DNA of 23,621 nt from a virus: the IMG/VR virus record IMGVR_UViG_3300028534_000020, positions 1 through 23,621 of that record, one strand, 5' to 3'. The position numbers and the translations under genes were made by a program. Below, piece by piece: positions 1 through 9,765 of the stretch (positions within the stretch are counted from its first letter, which is position 1; every line of letters starts with the position of its first letter). The notes beneath the pieces were generated by a model that did no database searches, was not told where the DNA came from, and saw only the letters and a list, made by a program, of their open reading frames with translations.

Positions 1-121
1 TTGTATTCGGCCAGCGCTTTTTACGCCAAGGGCGATAACCAAAAATATCTGTGACGTTGTAAAAATATTTTTCTGGTAAAATCTTATATGGAAACATTAT
101 ATGTTGATATTTACTTAACAT
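1..121 (-). CDS. Partial CDS (5' end only, runs off window); possible M23-type peptidase / tail-associated lysin
   Basis: Hand-translated from ATG 121, overlapping the end of the upstream gene: MLSKYQHIMFPYKILPEKIFYNVTDIFGYRPWRKKRWPNT, open to the window edge. VTDIFGYR resembles the (V/I)TSxFGxR lead-in of M23 peptidases; catalytic motifs would lie outside the window. Confidence 0.5.
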   Translation of the reverse strand, partial: MLSKYQHIMFPYKILPEKYFYNVTDIFGYRPWRKKRWPNT

Positions 122-1382
122 CTTCGTCTAAAAATTTTGTTCGTTTATTACCATAACTTTCAAATACATCATCTGGGCAGATTTGTATATTTGATAATTT
201 ACCTATAACAAGTTCAACGACAGCTTTTATTGTCCTCGCTGACGGATTAAAAAATGGTAAAATTAAACCTGTAGACACAAAACGTGAATGTGAATTAACG
301 CCAGAATTAAAATATTTATTTAATGTATTTTGCGCATCACCAGTATTTGTTTGATTGATAAATACACCAGATTCAGACTCTTCATTTGAGTATGAATTTG
401 GGAAAAAGAAACTACCATCGTCAGATATAAGTTTCATTAAATCGCGTCCAGTTATTGTTATTGTTACCTCATTTGGCTCATACGCTACATCAACTTTATC
501 TATAAGCGCAATCATATCAAAATTTTCGTCTACAAGAACGTTATTATCAACATAAAAATTATCGTTATTTGTCTGTTTTTTAAATGCACTTAACTTGATA
601 AATACTATATCGTTTGTATTAAGTCCAACAGTGCCAAAGTCTACGTTTCGTTTATCACTATATAAACCATCGAGATATACGCCATCATCTTTATGTACAA
701 AAGTTTTTATGACGTTATTTTTTGTTTTATCGCCATATCTTATAAAATTTGTATCAATATCCCACATCTTATGTACCTTATCCAAATCTGTGACAATCGC
801 TTTATCTGTAACTGGTACAAGTGATATTTGCATTGTAAAATTACCACCAGTATCATAATTACCAATAGTTACGCTATCGATAAAGCTTGATAAATTCACA
901 AGTGCGCCATTTGTAAAACCACTTACAATTGTTGTTTTATTATCAAATGTCTTAGACCATAGATATACGCTTATTTGTGGCGTGTAATTTGAATAGTCAT
1001 TTGATTCATTTGAAAATAAATTAGAGTTGATAATTTCTTTAATCTCTTCGCTTAGAAACGCATCTACGTCTTTATATCTGACAAATTGTGACTCGTGTTT
1101 TATAATATTTACTTCGATATTATCAATCGTTACCCAAAATGTAACTGGTGGTGATATTTTTGTTGATTGATTAACATCTTTCGCTGAGGTAATTCCTTGC
1201 TTTTTTCTTTGCTGTGCAGATAATGCAGTAAAAATTGCCTCTCTATTTGTTTGCCCAGTAAATGGGTCTTGAATATCTAAAAAATCGTCTATTGATAAAT
1301 TGACAATTTTTTCTTTATCAAATAATTGTTTAAGCGTAGTTATTGACTTATCCCGATAAAATATTTTATTATACCGTGCCAT
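111..1382 (-). CDS. Baseplate hub-like / tail-associated protein
   Basis: 423 aa directly after tape measure (TAATG overlap). Beta-rich with IDKVDV...ITITGRDLMKLISDD, typical of gp27/gpD-like hub proteins. Confidence 0.55.
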   Translation of the reverse strand: MARYNKIFYRDKSITTLKQLFDKEKIVNLSIDDFLDIQDPFTGQTNREAIFTALSAQQRKKQGITSAKDVNQSTKISPPVTFWVTIDNIEVNIIKHESQFVRYKDVDAFLSEEIKEIINSNLFSNESNDYSNYTPQISVYLWSKTFDNKTTIVSGFTNGALVNLSSFIDSVTIGNYDTGGNFTMQISLVPVTDKAIVTDLDKVHKMWDIDTNFIRYGDKTKNNVIKTFVHKDDGVYLDGLYSDKRNVDFGTVGLNTNDIVFIKLSAFKKQTNNDNFYVDNNVLVDENFDMIALIDKVDVAYEPNEVTITITGRDLMKLISDDGSFFFPNSYSNEESESGVFINQTNTGDAQNTLNKYFNSGVNSHSRFVSTGLILPFFNPSARTIKAVVELVIGKLSNIQICPDDVFESYGNKRTKFLDEDVK

Positions 1383-3169
1383 TAGTTTCCAGTTATTTGA
1401 GTTTCGCGTACATTCGCAGCGTTATTTCTAATTCTTACATCGATAGGTTTGCTAAACTGGTCTTTTAACCAATGTCCAGCATTTTTAACTTCATTTTTCA
1501 AATCAGCTAATAATTTTTCTGTCATTTGCGTTTTTTGCCAAGCGTACGCGTCTGCTTCGCCTTGATTAAAAGTGCCAGTAGACCTTAAACCTTGACCGAG
1601 CATATTTTGAAGTATTTCATCATCACCAGCAGCAGATAATAATTTTTGACGCATCGAAGGCGTTAAACCTTTGAAATACTCTTTGAACAAGAAATATTGA
1701 TTTTGTTTATTACCACCAGCCATAGATTTTAAACCTTTCAACGTTGATACAAGATAATTACTATCAGTACCCTCTTCAACTATTCTATTTAACGCTGCTG
1801 GATTGTTTGCTAATTCTGGATGAGCTTGCGCTGCAAATTGATATTTTAACATCATCAGATTACTACTACCGCCTTCGCGTATTGCATTTAATGTACCTTC
1901 GATAAATGAGCCAGCACGCTGGTCTTTACCTTCGCCGCCCATCTTTTCAAACGCAGTCATTAAACCAAGAACTTGTCTTTGGTCAAATTTTTCTTGTCTG
2001 CCAACAAAACTACCTTGTAATTGATACATTAGCTGAGCTTTCTCATTTGCTCTCGTTAAATCATCAACTGATATTGAACCATCGCGAATATCTGATAATA
2101 CATTAAGCATTTCCATTATATTATCGGCAACACTTTTCGAATATTTATCTTGTCTGGCGTATGTCGATAAACCTGCTACATTATCAATACCATAACCTTT
2201 TTCGATACGTATAGCGTCGTATGTATTTGTAATACCAGCTTGTCCAGCAAGCCCAGAATTACGCAATAAACTATTTCTGTAATTTACAAAATCAGCATCG
2301 CTCATTCCATAGCGAGTAAATTTACCCTCATAAAGACTTTTATTTATATCTTTATTCGTGCCTAACGCTCTATATGACATTAATGTGCCAATAGTTTTAT
2401 CGCGTTCATTACCAGCCATTACGCCGCCACCGACAAGCGCAAGAACTGCCGCGGCGGCCATACCGTATGGACCTAATTTACTAAGACCTCTCATAGCTGC
2501 GCCACCAACATTGCCTCCCATTATTTGCTCACCCATTTGAGCGCCTTCTGTAATTTTATCAGCAAATATTTTTGTGCCTGTTTTTTTAGCTATAAGTTTA
2601 TTTACTTTTTCTAACTGTTTATTATAATCTGTAAGTTCATCGTCTGTAGTCGCGTCCATACGCGCTTTCATTATAGCTGAGCGCTTTTTAAACAGTGCAG
2701 ACAATATACCATCTTTACTAAATTCATCGTCATTATTCTGTCTACGCTTTATCTCTTCACGTATTTTTTCGTCTTGTAAGTCAATAAGCTCTTGAATAAG
2801 TTTATTTGTCTCACGTTGATTTTCTGATAATTCCTCGCGCTCTTCAGATGATATTTCTGTCTGATTTTGTAAATAACCTGATTTATATTTTTCGAATTCG
2901 TCACTTGAAATTTGCCCACGCGATAATTTACTTTGCATTCCAAGATATTCATTCATATTACCTTGATATGCAGCGCCATATTCTTGTTGAATCTGTTTTG
3001 CGCGTTGCTCAGCTTGTTTTTTTATGAGCTCAATAGTTTTTTCAACATCTTCAACAGACATCGATTTTTTTATTTGCTCATTTGCACGCGATGCAGTATC
3101 AGCGACTTCGCGTATTTCTTGCTTTGCTCGCTGAGCGTTAACATCAATATCAATTCTTTTATTCGGCAT
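1382..3169 (-). CDS. Tail tape measure protein
   Basis: 595 aa after tube and chaperones. N-terminus KRIDIDVNA, long charged helical region, then a Gly/Ala-rich hydrophobic stretch (LGPYGMAAAAVLALVGGGVMAG). Confidence 0.8.
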   Translation of the reverse strand: MPNKRIDIDVNAQRAKQEIREVADTASRANEQIKKSMSVEDVEKTIELIKKQAEQRAKQIQQEYGAAYQGNMNEYLGMQSKLSRGQISSDEFEKYKSGYLQNQTEISSEEREELSENQRETNKLIQELIDLQDEKIREEIKRRQNNDDEFSKDGILSALFKKRSAIMKARMDATTDDELTDYNKQLEKVNKLIAKKTGTKIFADKITEGAQMGEQIMGGNVGGAAMRGLSKLGPYGMAAAAVLALVGGGVMAGNERDKTIGTLMSYRALGTNKDINKSLYEGKFTRYGMSDADFVNYRNSLLRNSGLAGQAGITNTYDAIRIEKGYGIDNVAGLSTYARQDKYSKSVADNIMEMLNVLSDIRDGSISVDDLTRANEKAQLMYQLQGSFVGRQEKFDQRQVLGLMTAFEKMGGEGKDQRAGSFIEGTLNAIREGGSSNLMMLKYQFAAQAHPELANNPAALNRIVEEGTDSNYLVSTLKGLKSMAGGNKQNQYFLFKEYFKGLTPSMRQKLLSAAGDDEILQNMLGQGLRSTGTFNQGEADAYAWQKTQMTEKLLADLKNEVKNAGHWLKDQFSKPIDVRIRNNAANVRETQITGN

Positions 3170-3454
3170 CGTTGTATTTACTTATATCAATACTTTCAAA
3201 TAATTCGTCAATCTCTTTTTGAGACATTTTATGAGAACCATCGTCATTTTTATTAGTGACGTATTTTTCAATCATTTCTTGCTCGTGAATGTCAACAACC
3301 ATAGAAATAAAACTGGCAGCCCTGTGTTCAGCGCTGCCAAATGGTATATTATACTTTTTACGATATAAAAAATCAATAGGGTATTTCTTATTCCACTTTA
3401 CAATGAAACTTTCTAACTCATCAGTAAAACTTTTTTTTTATTAAGATTTACCAT
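3159..3454 (-). CDS. Second tail assembly chaperone-like ORF, interrupted at an A9 run (needs one extra A or a -1 shift)
   Basis: Not in the track. Frame open 3437->3159: KKSFTDELESFIVKWNKKYPIDFLYRKKYNIPFGSAEHRAASFISMVVDIHEQE...ISKYNDAE*, with no ATG for the first 45 codons. ATG 3454 (MVNLNKKK) joins it across the A9 run at 3431-3439, giving 98 aa. Fills the gap between chaperone and tape measure. Confidence 0.65.
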
Positions 3455-3782
3455 AATCTTGCAACTGTTTGTTTATTTCATTAAACCAAGGGAAAAAGTC
3501 GTTTAAATACACACTAACAAGCTCTTTTGCTTTAAAAGGGTCAAGTTCAGTATACGAACCAATTTCATTTTTCAATCCTGGAATAAGAACAGAAAATGTA
3601 GCAATCGTATCAGTTAAATCTAACGCGTTAACAGCAGTTTTTGTATTCATTTTAACTAAATCACCATACGTTCCATTTGTAAGCGCTGATTTTAATGATT
3701 CTATATCGAGAATTTGCCCAACAGTTGGAAAACTTACGATATAATCTTTTCCGAAAATTTTTAATTTAATTGTTTTGTCCAT
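3441..3782 (-). CDS. Tail assembly chaperone (gpG-like)
   Basis: 113 aa between tube and tape measure; N-terminal IKLKIFGKDYIVSFPTVGQILDIE pattern typical of tail chaperones. Confidence 0.7.
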   Translation of the reverse strand: MDKTIKLKIFGKDYIVSFPTVGQILDIESLKSALTNGTYGDLVKMNTKTAVNALDLTDTIATFSVLIPGLKNEIGSYTELDPFKAKELVSVYLNDFFPWFNEINKQLQDYGKS

Positions 3783-3794
3783 TTTTTATGATTT

Positions 3795-4277
3795 TTATAC
3801 CGGGAATAATATCGGCGTTGTATATTCGAAGTCTGCATCTTTACCACTTATCTGACCTTCAGAAATATCAAAGCCTTCTCTTGTCAAAAACGCACCTTTG
3901 ACAGACGCAAATACTTCCAAATCTGTAGGAATAATACCACTTGTTGGATTAGCAGGTCCAGCAGCTTTTTTACGCATAATATCCAACTGCACGCCCTCTT
4001 CTTGAAGTAATACATTATCAACAAATTCCTGCACTGTATTTACTTTACGTAAAATAGCGCCAGGCAATTGAGATTTGTTAAAATCTATATTGTAAAAACT
4101 ACAAGAAAGTGAGCCAGACCATTCAAGAGCGGGTAATTCATCGGGCGTTAATTGACCAATACCTGCTACACGACCTCGACGCATAGTCTCTGTAATACGT
4201 AAATTTTTCATTTTGCCTACAGCTTTTCCGCCTACCTTTATAATAGCTAATGGTGCTGTTAAAACTTTAGTTGCCAT
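3795..4277 (-). CDS. Tail tube protein
   Basis: 160 aa immediately after sheath; beta-strand pattern IIKVGGKAVGKMKNLRITE...GIGQLTPDE...WSGSLSCS, as in contractile tail tube proteins. Confidence 0.85.
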   Translation of the reverse strand: MATKVLTAPLAIIKVGGKAVGKMKNLRITETMRRGRVAGIGQLTPDELPALEWSGSLSCSFYNIDFNKSQLPGAILRKVNTVQEFVDNVLLQEEGVQLDIMRKKAAGPANPTSGIIPTDLEVFASVKGAFLTREGFDISEGQISGKDADFEYTTPILFPV

Positions 4278-4287
4278 ATTTATTTTT

Positions 4288-5913
4288 TTAAGCTGTTAAA
4301 TTTGAATCTAAAATAAAGCCAGTTACAAACATTTTATTTAACGGGCCGTTTGCCACGAAGCAATAAGATACTTCATAATAATCTTGCGTTTGTCTTACAT
4401 CAACTTTTTCAAAACGCAAAATGAGATTATCATTTATTGATGTTGCAGTTTTCTTTGTAAGATAACCTTCAATGAATACTTTCACATCAGCTGGAGAACT
4501 TATGTTTAAATTTCCACCAATAAATATAGGTCGCGCATTTAAAACAATCTCTTTATTTAATTGAGATGCTATACGCATTATTGATATTTCAGGTGAAGTA
4601 CCATCAGCTAAATACAGTTGAGTATTTTTCTGCAATGTATTTATCGCCTGATTGATTACATAACCTAATTGTGGTACATATCTAAAATGTAATACACCAG
4701 CTTGCAATGCTCTTTCTCTTTCGCGTTGAGTTAATTGGTGTTGCCATTCTTTTACTCTTACAGTTTTGAAAGTGCCTGGTACTTGAGGTTGTAGTCCAGC
4801 AATTCTACCAAGTGCCATCGCGGCTGAGTAAACCGATGATTTATCTTTCTTTTGAGGCGAAAATGGCAGATTGACTCTAAAACCAGAATGTACTACAACC
4901 ACAAATGGCGAATTAAAATATTGTGCAGACTCGATTGAACCACCAATTCCATCAAACTGTAGTGAATTATTTCCACCACCAATAAATAAGAATTTTTTAA
5001 ATTCTGATTCTACTGTTAAAGCGTGTGTTAACTTTGTATTCTCAATTGATTGTGCATTCTCAGCGTTTTTAAGCGATAGAGCAAATGTAAAATCAATTTC
5101 ATTAAGAATATTAAGTACAGCGTCATAAGCTGCTGGAGTGTAATTATCAGTTCCACCTGACAGTAAAACTAAATCGCTGTTATTTGAATAGTCATTTGAA
5201 GTAATTGTGCCTGAGCCAGAAGTATTCGCTTCGTCCAATTTGAACCGCGCATTAAAATCAGCTGAGTTTTTAGCCCAGTTAATAAGCTCTTCAATTGTAG
5301 CAAATTCATCTGAGACAGCAACTATAATAGGTACAGCGTCTTCTTTACTTATACCATCATAAGGGTCGCCATCAGCATCAACACCTTTAAATGAGCCTTC
5401 AAAGAATTTAATAATATATTTTGACGGGTCTACAGTACCGTGTTCTAAAATAGCGCCAAAACCTTTGCGGACTTCTGTATCACTTGCGTTAGCAGTCTCG
5501 CCATTTCCTACTTCACCTTCATCGCGAGCAATAAAACCAAATGAACCATTATCAAATGTATATTTATATTTAGCAGCAGTTGTTACAGCAGCTTTTACGT
5601 AAAAAACATTTTGTGGGCCATCAGCATTATTGTCAGGAATAAATAAATATTCAGCCAAGTCCCATAACATACCGCCTTTAACGAAATGACGAAATTCGTT
5701 TAATGTTCTAAATTGATAAACAGAGTCTAAATTATTTGCTAATTCGCCCTGTATTCCAGAACCTCCGCCAAAACCAGCATTTTCGCCAGTATCGATTATC
5801 AATACATTACCATACGAAAAATCTGTAGGCGCAGAATTGATTTTTGCTTTAATAGCAGAATAAACGCCAGGTTCAACAATACGTCTATTTCCAAAAGTTA
5901 CAACTGTTGCCAT
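4288..5913 (-). CDS. Contractile tail sheath protein
   Basis: 541 aa; N-terminal FGNRRIVEPGVYS, internal LSGGTD, C-terminal ERALQAGVLHF...INQAINT...EISIMR and VANGPLNKMFV sheath motifs. Confidence 0.93.
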   Translation of the reverse strand: MATVVTFGNRRIVEPGVYSAIKAKINSAPTDFSYGNVLIIDTGENAGFGGGSGIQGELANNLDSVYQFRTLNEFRHFVKGGMLWDLAEYLFIPDNNADGPQNVFYVKAAVTTAAKYKYTFDNGSFGFIARDEGEVGNGETANASDTEVRKGFGAILEHGTVDPSKYIIKFFEGSFKGVDADGDPYDGISKEDAVPIIVAVSDEFATIEELINWAKNSADFNARFKLDEANTSGSGTITSNDYSNNSDLVLLSGGTDNYTPAAYDAVLNILNEIDFTFALSLKNAENAQSIENTKLTHALTVESEFKKFLFIGGGNNSLQFDGIGGSIESAQYFNSPFVVVVHSGFRVNLPFSPQKKDKSSVYSAAMALGRIAGLQPQVPGTFKTVRVKEWQHQLTQRERERALQAGVLHFRYVPQLGYVINQAINTLQKNTQLYLADGTSPEISIMRIASQLNKEIVLNARPIFIGGNLNISSPADVKVFIEGYLTKKTATSINDNLILRFEKVDVRQTQDYYEVSYCFVANGPLNKMFVTGFILDSNLTA

Positions 5914-6068
5914 TATTTAGTCTTTTTTATTTTTGTTAATACAATAGATTTACGCAATTCTTTATCCCATTGATTCTCTGACATTGTTACGTTTTTATAT
6001 TTTTTTGTCACAGCATATTTATCACGTTGTGACACTTGTACTTTTTTAAGATAATCTTTAATTTTCAT
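5913..6068 (-). CDS. Small basic protein preceding sheath (51 aa)
   Basis: Not in the track. MKIKDYLKKVQVSQRDKYAVTKKYKNVTMSENQWDKELRKSIVLTKIKKTK*; stop overlaps the sheath ATG (TAATG) and the ORF fills the gap. Confidence 0.75.
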   Translation of the reverse strand: MKIKDYLKKVQVSQRDKYAVTKKYKNVTMSENQWDKELRKSIVLTKIKKTK

Positions 6069-6073
6069 ATATG

Positions 6074-6081
6074 CAAATTTA
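6074..6081 (-). promoter_or_regulatory. Candidate Bacteroidota-type -7 promoter element TAAATTTG
   Basis: TAnnTTTG match 5 nt upstream of ATG 6068, at the head of the sheath/tube genes. No clear -33 element seen. Confidence 0.4.
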
Positions 6082-6723
6082 ACAATTTTTCATTAATATC
6101 TTATTTATTTCAACAATTTCGTCTTTTCTAAGCGATGGTATTGTTTGCTCATAAAATACAGATATATTTATACCTCGCGTAAATATATGCGGCGGGACAA
6201 TATCAGAATTGATTTGCAAATCATTACCGCCTATTTGAACATTACGTAAACCTCTAAATTCTGCATTATCAGTCGCAGCTATTAAAATATTTTTGAGTAC
6301 ATAATATACCGTTAATACTTCAAGCGCGTTATCACTTGTTACAATACAACTATACTGCGCATTAAAACCTCTGGTGTATGAAATTGTTCTAGTATTTTCG
6401 TCATAAAAATGCTCTTGATAACCTTCGTCCATACCAATCCCATTATTTTCTGTACTTTCGCCAGGCAATGATATATGTATAGTTGGTAATTGTGCTCGCT
6501 GAGCATCAAACATTATGCGTGTTTCAATTTTTCGCGGGTGACCTTTATCGCGTAAAAAAATATCTTTTGCTTGTTCAAAGAAATTATACCTACCTATATT
6601 GTTATCTTTAAATACTCTATATAGGAATGTATTTTGCTCATCAGTCGCATTATTAAAATCTAACTCAACGTATTTTAATAATGCTTCAATTAACTTTAAT
6701 AATTCTACTTCTGGTATAATCAT
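6079..6723 (-). CDS. Tail terminator / tail completion protein
   Basis: 214 aa just upstream of sheath; LPTIHISLPGESTE motif typical of gpU-like terminators. Confidence 0.65.
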   Translation of the reverse strand: MIIPEVELLKLIEALLKYVELDFNNATDEQNTFLYRVFKDNNIGRYNFFEQAKDIFLRDKGHPRKIETRIMFDAQRAQLPTIHISLPGESTENNGIGMDEGYQEHFYDENTRTISYTRGFNAQYSCIVTSDNALEVLTVYYVLKNILIAATDNAEFRGLRNVQIGGNDLQINSDIVPPHIFTRGINISVFYEQTIPSLRKDEIVEINKILMKNC

Positions 6724-7529
6724 ATTTGCTGTAAAAATATATCTACTGTTCTATTTACAATATTTCCAATATCTGTTTTTTGCAATGCTTTTTCAGCAAA
6801 CTGTTTTGCTGCGACACCTTTATGAATCCACGAAAGTGGGTCAGAATTTTCTGATACACGTCTAAATGACACATAACTATTCTGTGTAGCATTTTCATAA
6901 GTTTTCTGTTGACGAATTATTCCAGAATAAATAGGCGCTTTATGTGTATATGTGCCAAATAACACATCACCAGTTTTTGGGTCTATTATCTTTGCCCTTG
7001 TCTTGGGTATTCTAAGTTTTTCTGGTAATTGATTTGTTCTTAAACCTCTACCTCGTTGTATTATACCTTTTTGAAAATGCGTTCGCTGTGCTTTTAAATT
7101 TTTTGCTATCGTATATACTGATTTCGGCATTATGTTCGCAAATACTTCGCTTTCACCAATAGCACCAGTTGTTGCCCATCTAAAGGGTACAGTTATGTAT
7201 TTTGTACCCTTTTTTGTATATTTTACTTTGCGTGATTTAAGCAAAATAGGCTTCATATCATAAGGTCCAAAACCTCTTTCAAGCATATTTGGAAATTCGC
7301 CTGTTAATTGAATATAAGACCTATGTGGCGAAATATAACCAACATTCAAGTTTTGAACATATTGTTTACGCGTCGATTTAAGACCGTTAATTGCTTCCAT
7401 CAGCCAATTATGATAAATGCGCTTAGTTATTTCGTGAATTACAAGCGAACTTAAATCAGTTATTTGCGTTTCTGTTAAAGCAAACTCTTCAGCTAATTCA
7501 GATAAATCTATTTTTATCGGTCCTATCAT
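6720..7529 (-). CDS. Neck / tail completion protein
   Basis: 269 aa basic protein; NMLERGFGPYDMK, YITVPF, YVSFRRVSENSDPLSWIHKG resemble neck-region proteins of SPO1/Twort-like myoviruses; synteny. Confidence 0.65.
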   Translation of the reverse strand: MIGPIKIDLSELAEEFALTETQITDLSSLVIHEITKRIYHNWLMEAINGLKSTRKQYVQNLNVGYISPHRSYIQLTGEFPNMLERGFGPYDMKPILLKSRKVKYTKKGTKYITVPFRWATTGAIGESEVFANIMPKSVYTIAKNLKAQRTHFQKGIIQRGRGLRTNQLPEKLRIPKTRAKIIDPKTGDVLFGTYTHKAPIYSGIIRQQKTYENATQNSYVSFRRVSENSDPLSWIHKGVAAKQFAEKALQKTDIGNIVNRTVDIFLQQI

Positions 7530-7530
7530 A

Positions 7531-8454
7531 TCAATTTAGTTGTACCCAATATGTACCATTAAAATACTTAAATTTTCCGATAGATTCATCATAAACCACA
7601 TTATACACACCAACTTTAACTGGCGTAGTGTTGACTACTGGTGCGCATATAGTAAAATTACCAACTGTCACTTTATGTAGGCAAGGGTCAAGTTCATAAC
7701 TATTATCAAATAAATAATCGTTTGCAAAGTTTTCTTTATCGATAATATAATGTGATTTTCTGATACGTGCAGATATAGGCATTTGCGAAGTTTTCTTTGT
7801 TTCGCCAACCTTAAAAGTAGTAGATACCATTACATCGCGCGTAGTTTCAATTACGTGATATTGTGGCGCGTGTACATATCTTAAACTTATTGTTATATCT
7901 TGAATATCTTTAAATTTATCATCGAGATAAATTTTATCGCCATCAATTCTATATTCGTCATACGATAATAAAGCTAATTTTTCATTATCGGCAACGAACA
8001 TAAATACTTCAAGAATTTCTTTCGGTTTATAATCTAAAAATGCAAATAATGTATCATCATAGATAACTGGATAAGCTGTCTGAGAATGAATAGATTCGCC
8101 TTCTATTACTGTAATTCTATCCATAAAACCAAGTCTATCAGAATCACGAACAGTTATATTAGCATCACCCACAGTTTCCTCAGACCAAGCAGCAAATTTT
8201 ACACTTGAATTTTGCGACGTTATGATAGCTTTTGTTTTTACAGGGTTAATAAATAACCAACCAGTGCCACCACAATTTTTACACGAACTTAAATTATCAG
8301 AACCTTGTGTTTTACACGGGCATCTAACTGCTCGCTCAATAATTATATCATAACCTTGTGCCCAAATAGCTGCTTCAAAACCTTCTTTATTGAAGTATAC
8401 TTGTGGACGACCAATTAAATTTGGCGCTTTCGATACTGTTATTTTCTTAGCCAT
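7531..8454 (-). CDS. Head closure / stopper-like neck protein with Cys4 zinc motif
   Basis: 307 aa; RCPC-x10-CKNCGGTGW motif; position after the adaptor gene. Confidence 0.65.
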   Translation of the reverse strand: MAKKITVSKAPNLIGRPQVYFNKEGFEAAIWAQGYDIIIERAVRCPCKTQGSDNLSSCKNCGGTGWLFINPVKTKAIITSQNSSVKFAAWSEETVGDANITVRDSDRLGFMDRITVIEGESIHSQTAYPVIYDDTLFAFLDYKPKEILEVFMFVADNEKLALLSYDEYRIDGDKIYLDDKFKDIQDITISLRYVHAPQYHVIETTRDVMVSTTFKVGETKKTSQMPISARIRKSHYIIDKENFANDYLFDNSYELDPCLHKVTVGNFTICAPVVNTTPVKVGVYNVVYDESIGKFKYFNGTYWVQLN

Positions 8455-9263
8455 TAAAATACATTAAAAGTAAAACCTTTATAATAATTTTTCAAACGTT
8501 TAAGAAGTCCGTTTGTGTCATTTACACTTTTACCGTTAAGAGTTTCAACGTATCCTATAATACGTGCACCATAACCAGCGTTCGTAGCAGATGAAGTTGT
8601 TGAAATACTTTGGCTTAAACCATCAATGCCTATTGATTGACTGGCAATTCCAGCGCCCAATATTAAATCGCCCATAATATGAAACACATTTATTGCTGCC
8701 AACATACCGATAGCATTTATTAAGTCCATCGGCGCAGAACACATTCCAGTAATATAACGCACTGTCCAATAATTTGGTATTGTAGCGTTTGTAGACAAAC
8801 CAATCATCGGTAAAGCACCTGTAAAAACAACTTGACCAGCAGCTGGCGAATTATGACCTGGGACTAAAAATATATTTCTAAACCATAAATCATCATCTGC
8901 TGTTTTCCGAGAACTTAACCATTCAGGAGGGTATCTGACTTGTTCTACGTCACCTATTCTACCAGTTAATTCAAGCGGTTTTATTACTGGATATGTAGTT
9001 TTTATATACCCCCATTGTTGCCAATCATCTCTATAAAAATCAAGTGTTTCTTTTACTTCTTGAACAGCAATTTTTATATTAAGAAATTTTTCAATTTCTT
9101 GCTGAGCTGATTTAATGAACGTCTCAAGTGTACTTGTAGGCATTTCGGAACCATCAGGTTCAGTTATTTTTATGCCATAGAAGTACAAATCAATTAGTTC
9201 TTGAGGGTTTATAATTGTTTCGATATTTTCAGCGTAAGGCGCTGTAAAAACCAGTCCAGGCAT
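8454..9263 (-). CDS. Head-tail adaptor (connector) protein
   Basis: 269 aa; FIKSAQQEIEKFLNI helix, VRYITG..P.DLINAIG, GIASQSIGIDGLSQS motifs; second gene after the capsid gene. Confidence 0.75.
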   Translation of the reverse strand: MPGLVFTAPYAENIETIINPQELIDLYFYGIKITEPDGSEMPTSTLETFIKSAQQEIEKFLNIKIAVQEVKETLDFYRDDWQQWGYIKTTYPVIKPLELTGRIGDVEQVRYPPEWLSSRKTADDDLWFRNIFLVPGHNSPAAGQVVFTGALPMIGLSTNATIPNYWTVRYITGMCSAPMDLINAIGMLAAINVFHIMGDLILGAGIASQSIGIDGLSQSISTTSSATNAGYGARIIGYVETLNGKSVNDTNGLLKRLKNYYKGFTFNVF

Positions 9264-9724
9264 TACATTTTATTTTTAAGATATTCTATTAAATCTTGTT
9301 TTTTAAGTTTTTTCCACTCATCTTCAGGGTAACCGGCTTCTTTTGCGATTTCGTGTAATTCCTTTACAGTAAACTCATTTAAGTCAACTTCACCATCAAA
9401 ATGTTCATCATCAACTTCAGGAATATCGGCATCTACTTGCGTTTTTTCGTCTTCAGCGGGTTTTTCTGTTTCAGTTTCTTTTGTTTTTTCAGGTTCAGGT
9501 TTAACGGGCTCAGGCGCGTCGGGTTTAGTTTCTACCTGTTTTTCTTTTTCTACGTTCGCCACTTGCGTAGCTGCGATTATACTTGTATCGACAAGTTTTA
9601 ATGCATCGAATTGTTCTTGCGTTACTTCAGCTTCGCAATTTTCATCAAATTGTACAGTTCCAATTTCTTTTGTATACTGTACTTTTTTGTTTGCTCTATG
9701 AGCTTTTGTCGTTTTGATTTTCAT
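9263..9724 (-). CDS. Small acidic protein with Pro/Glu/Lys linker and C-terminal Rho-N/HeH-like domain
   Basis: 153 aa; C-terminal DLNEFTVKELHEIAKEAG...KLKKQDLIEYL fits the helix-extension-helix pattern often found next to capsid genes. Confidence 0.65.
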   Translation of the reverse strand: MKIKTTKAHRANKKVQYTKEIGTVQFDENCEAEVTQEQFDALKLVDTSIIAATQVANVEKEKQVETKPDAPEPVKPEPEKTKETETEKPAEDEKTQVDADIPEVDDEHFDGEVDLNEFTVKELHEIAKEAGYPEDEWKKLKKQDLIEYLKNKM

Positions 9725-9757
9725 AATAAATATATTTATAATAATTATTTAACTAAA

Positions 9758-9765
9758 CAAATATA
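9758..9765 (-). promoter_or_regulatory. Candidate -7 promoter element TATATTTG
   Basis: TAnnTTTG match abutting the terminator U-tract, 33 nt before ATG 9724 in an AT-rich intergenic gap. Confidence 0.45.

Noticed and set aside
1-110. Group I intron interrupting the hub gene
   Set aside because: The segment is an open reading frame from an overlapping ATG, and I see no intron core structure.
3438-3443. Stop-codon reassignment or readthrough joining the two chaperone ORFs
   Set aside because: It would require reading through two consecutive TAA codons, and TAA is the normal terminator of most genes here; long ORFs are intact under the standard code.
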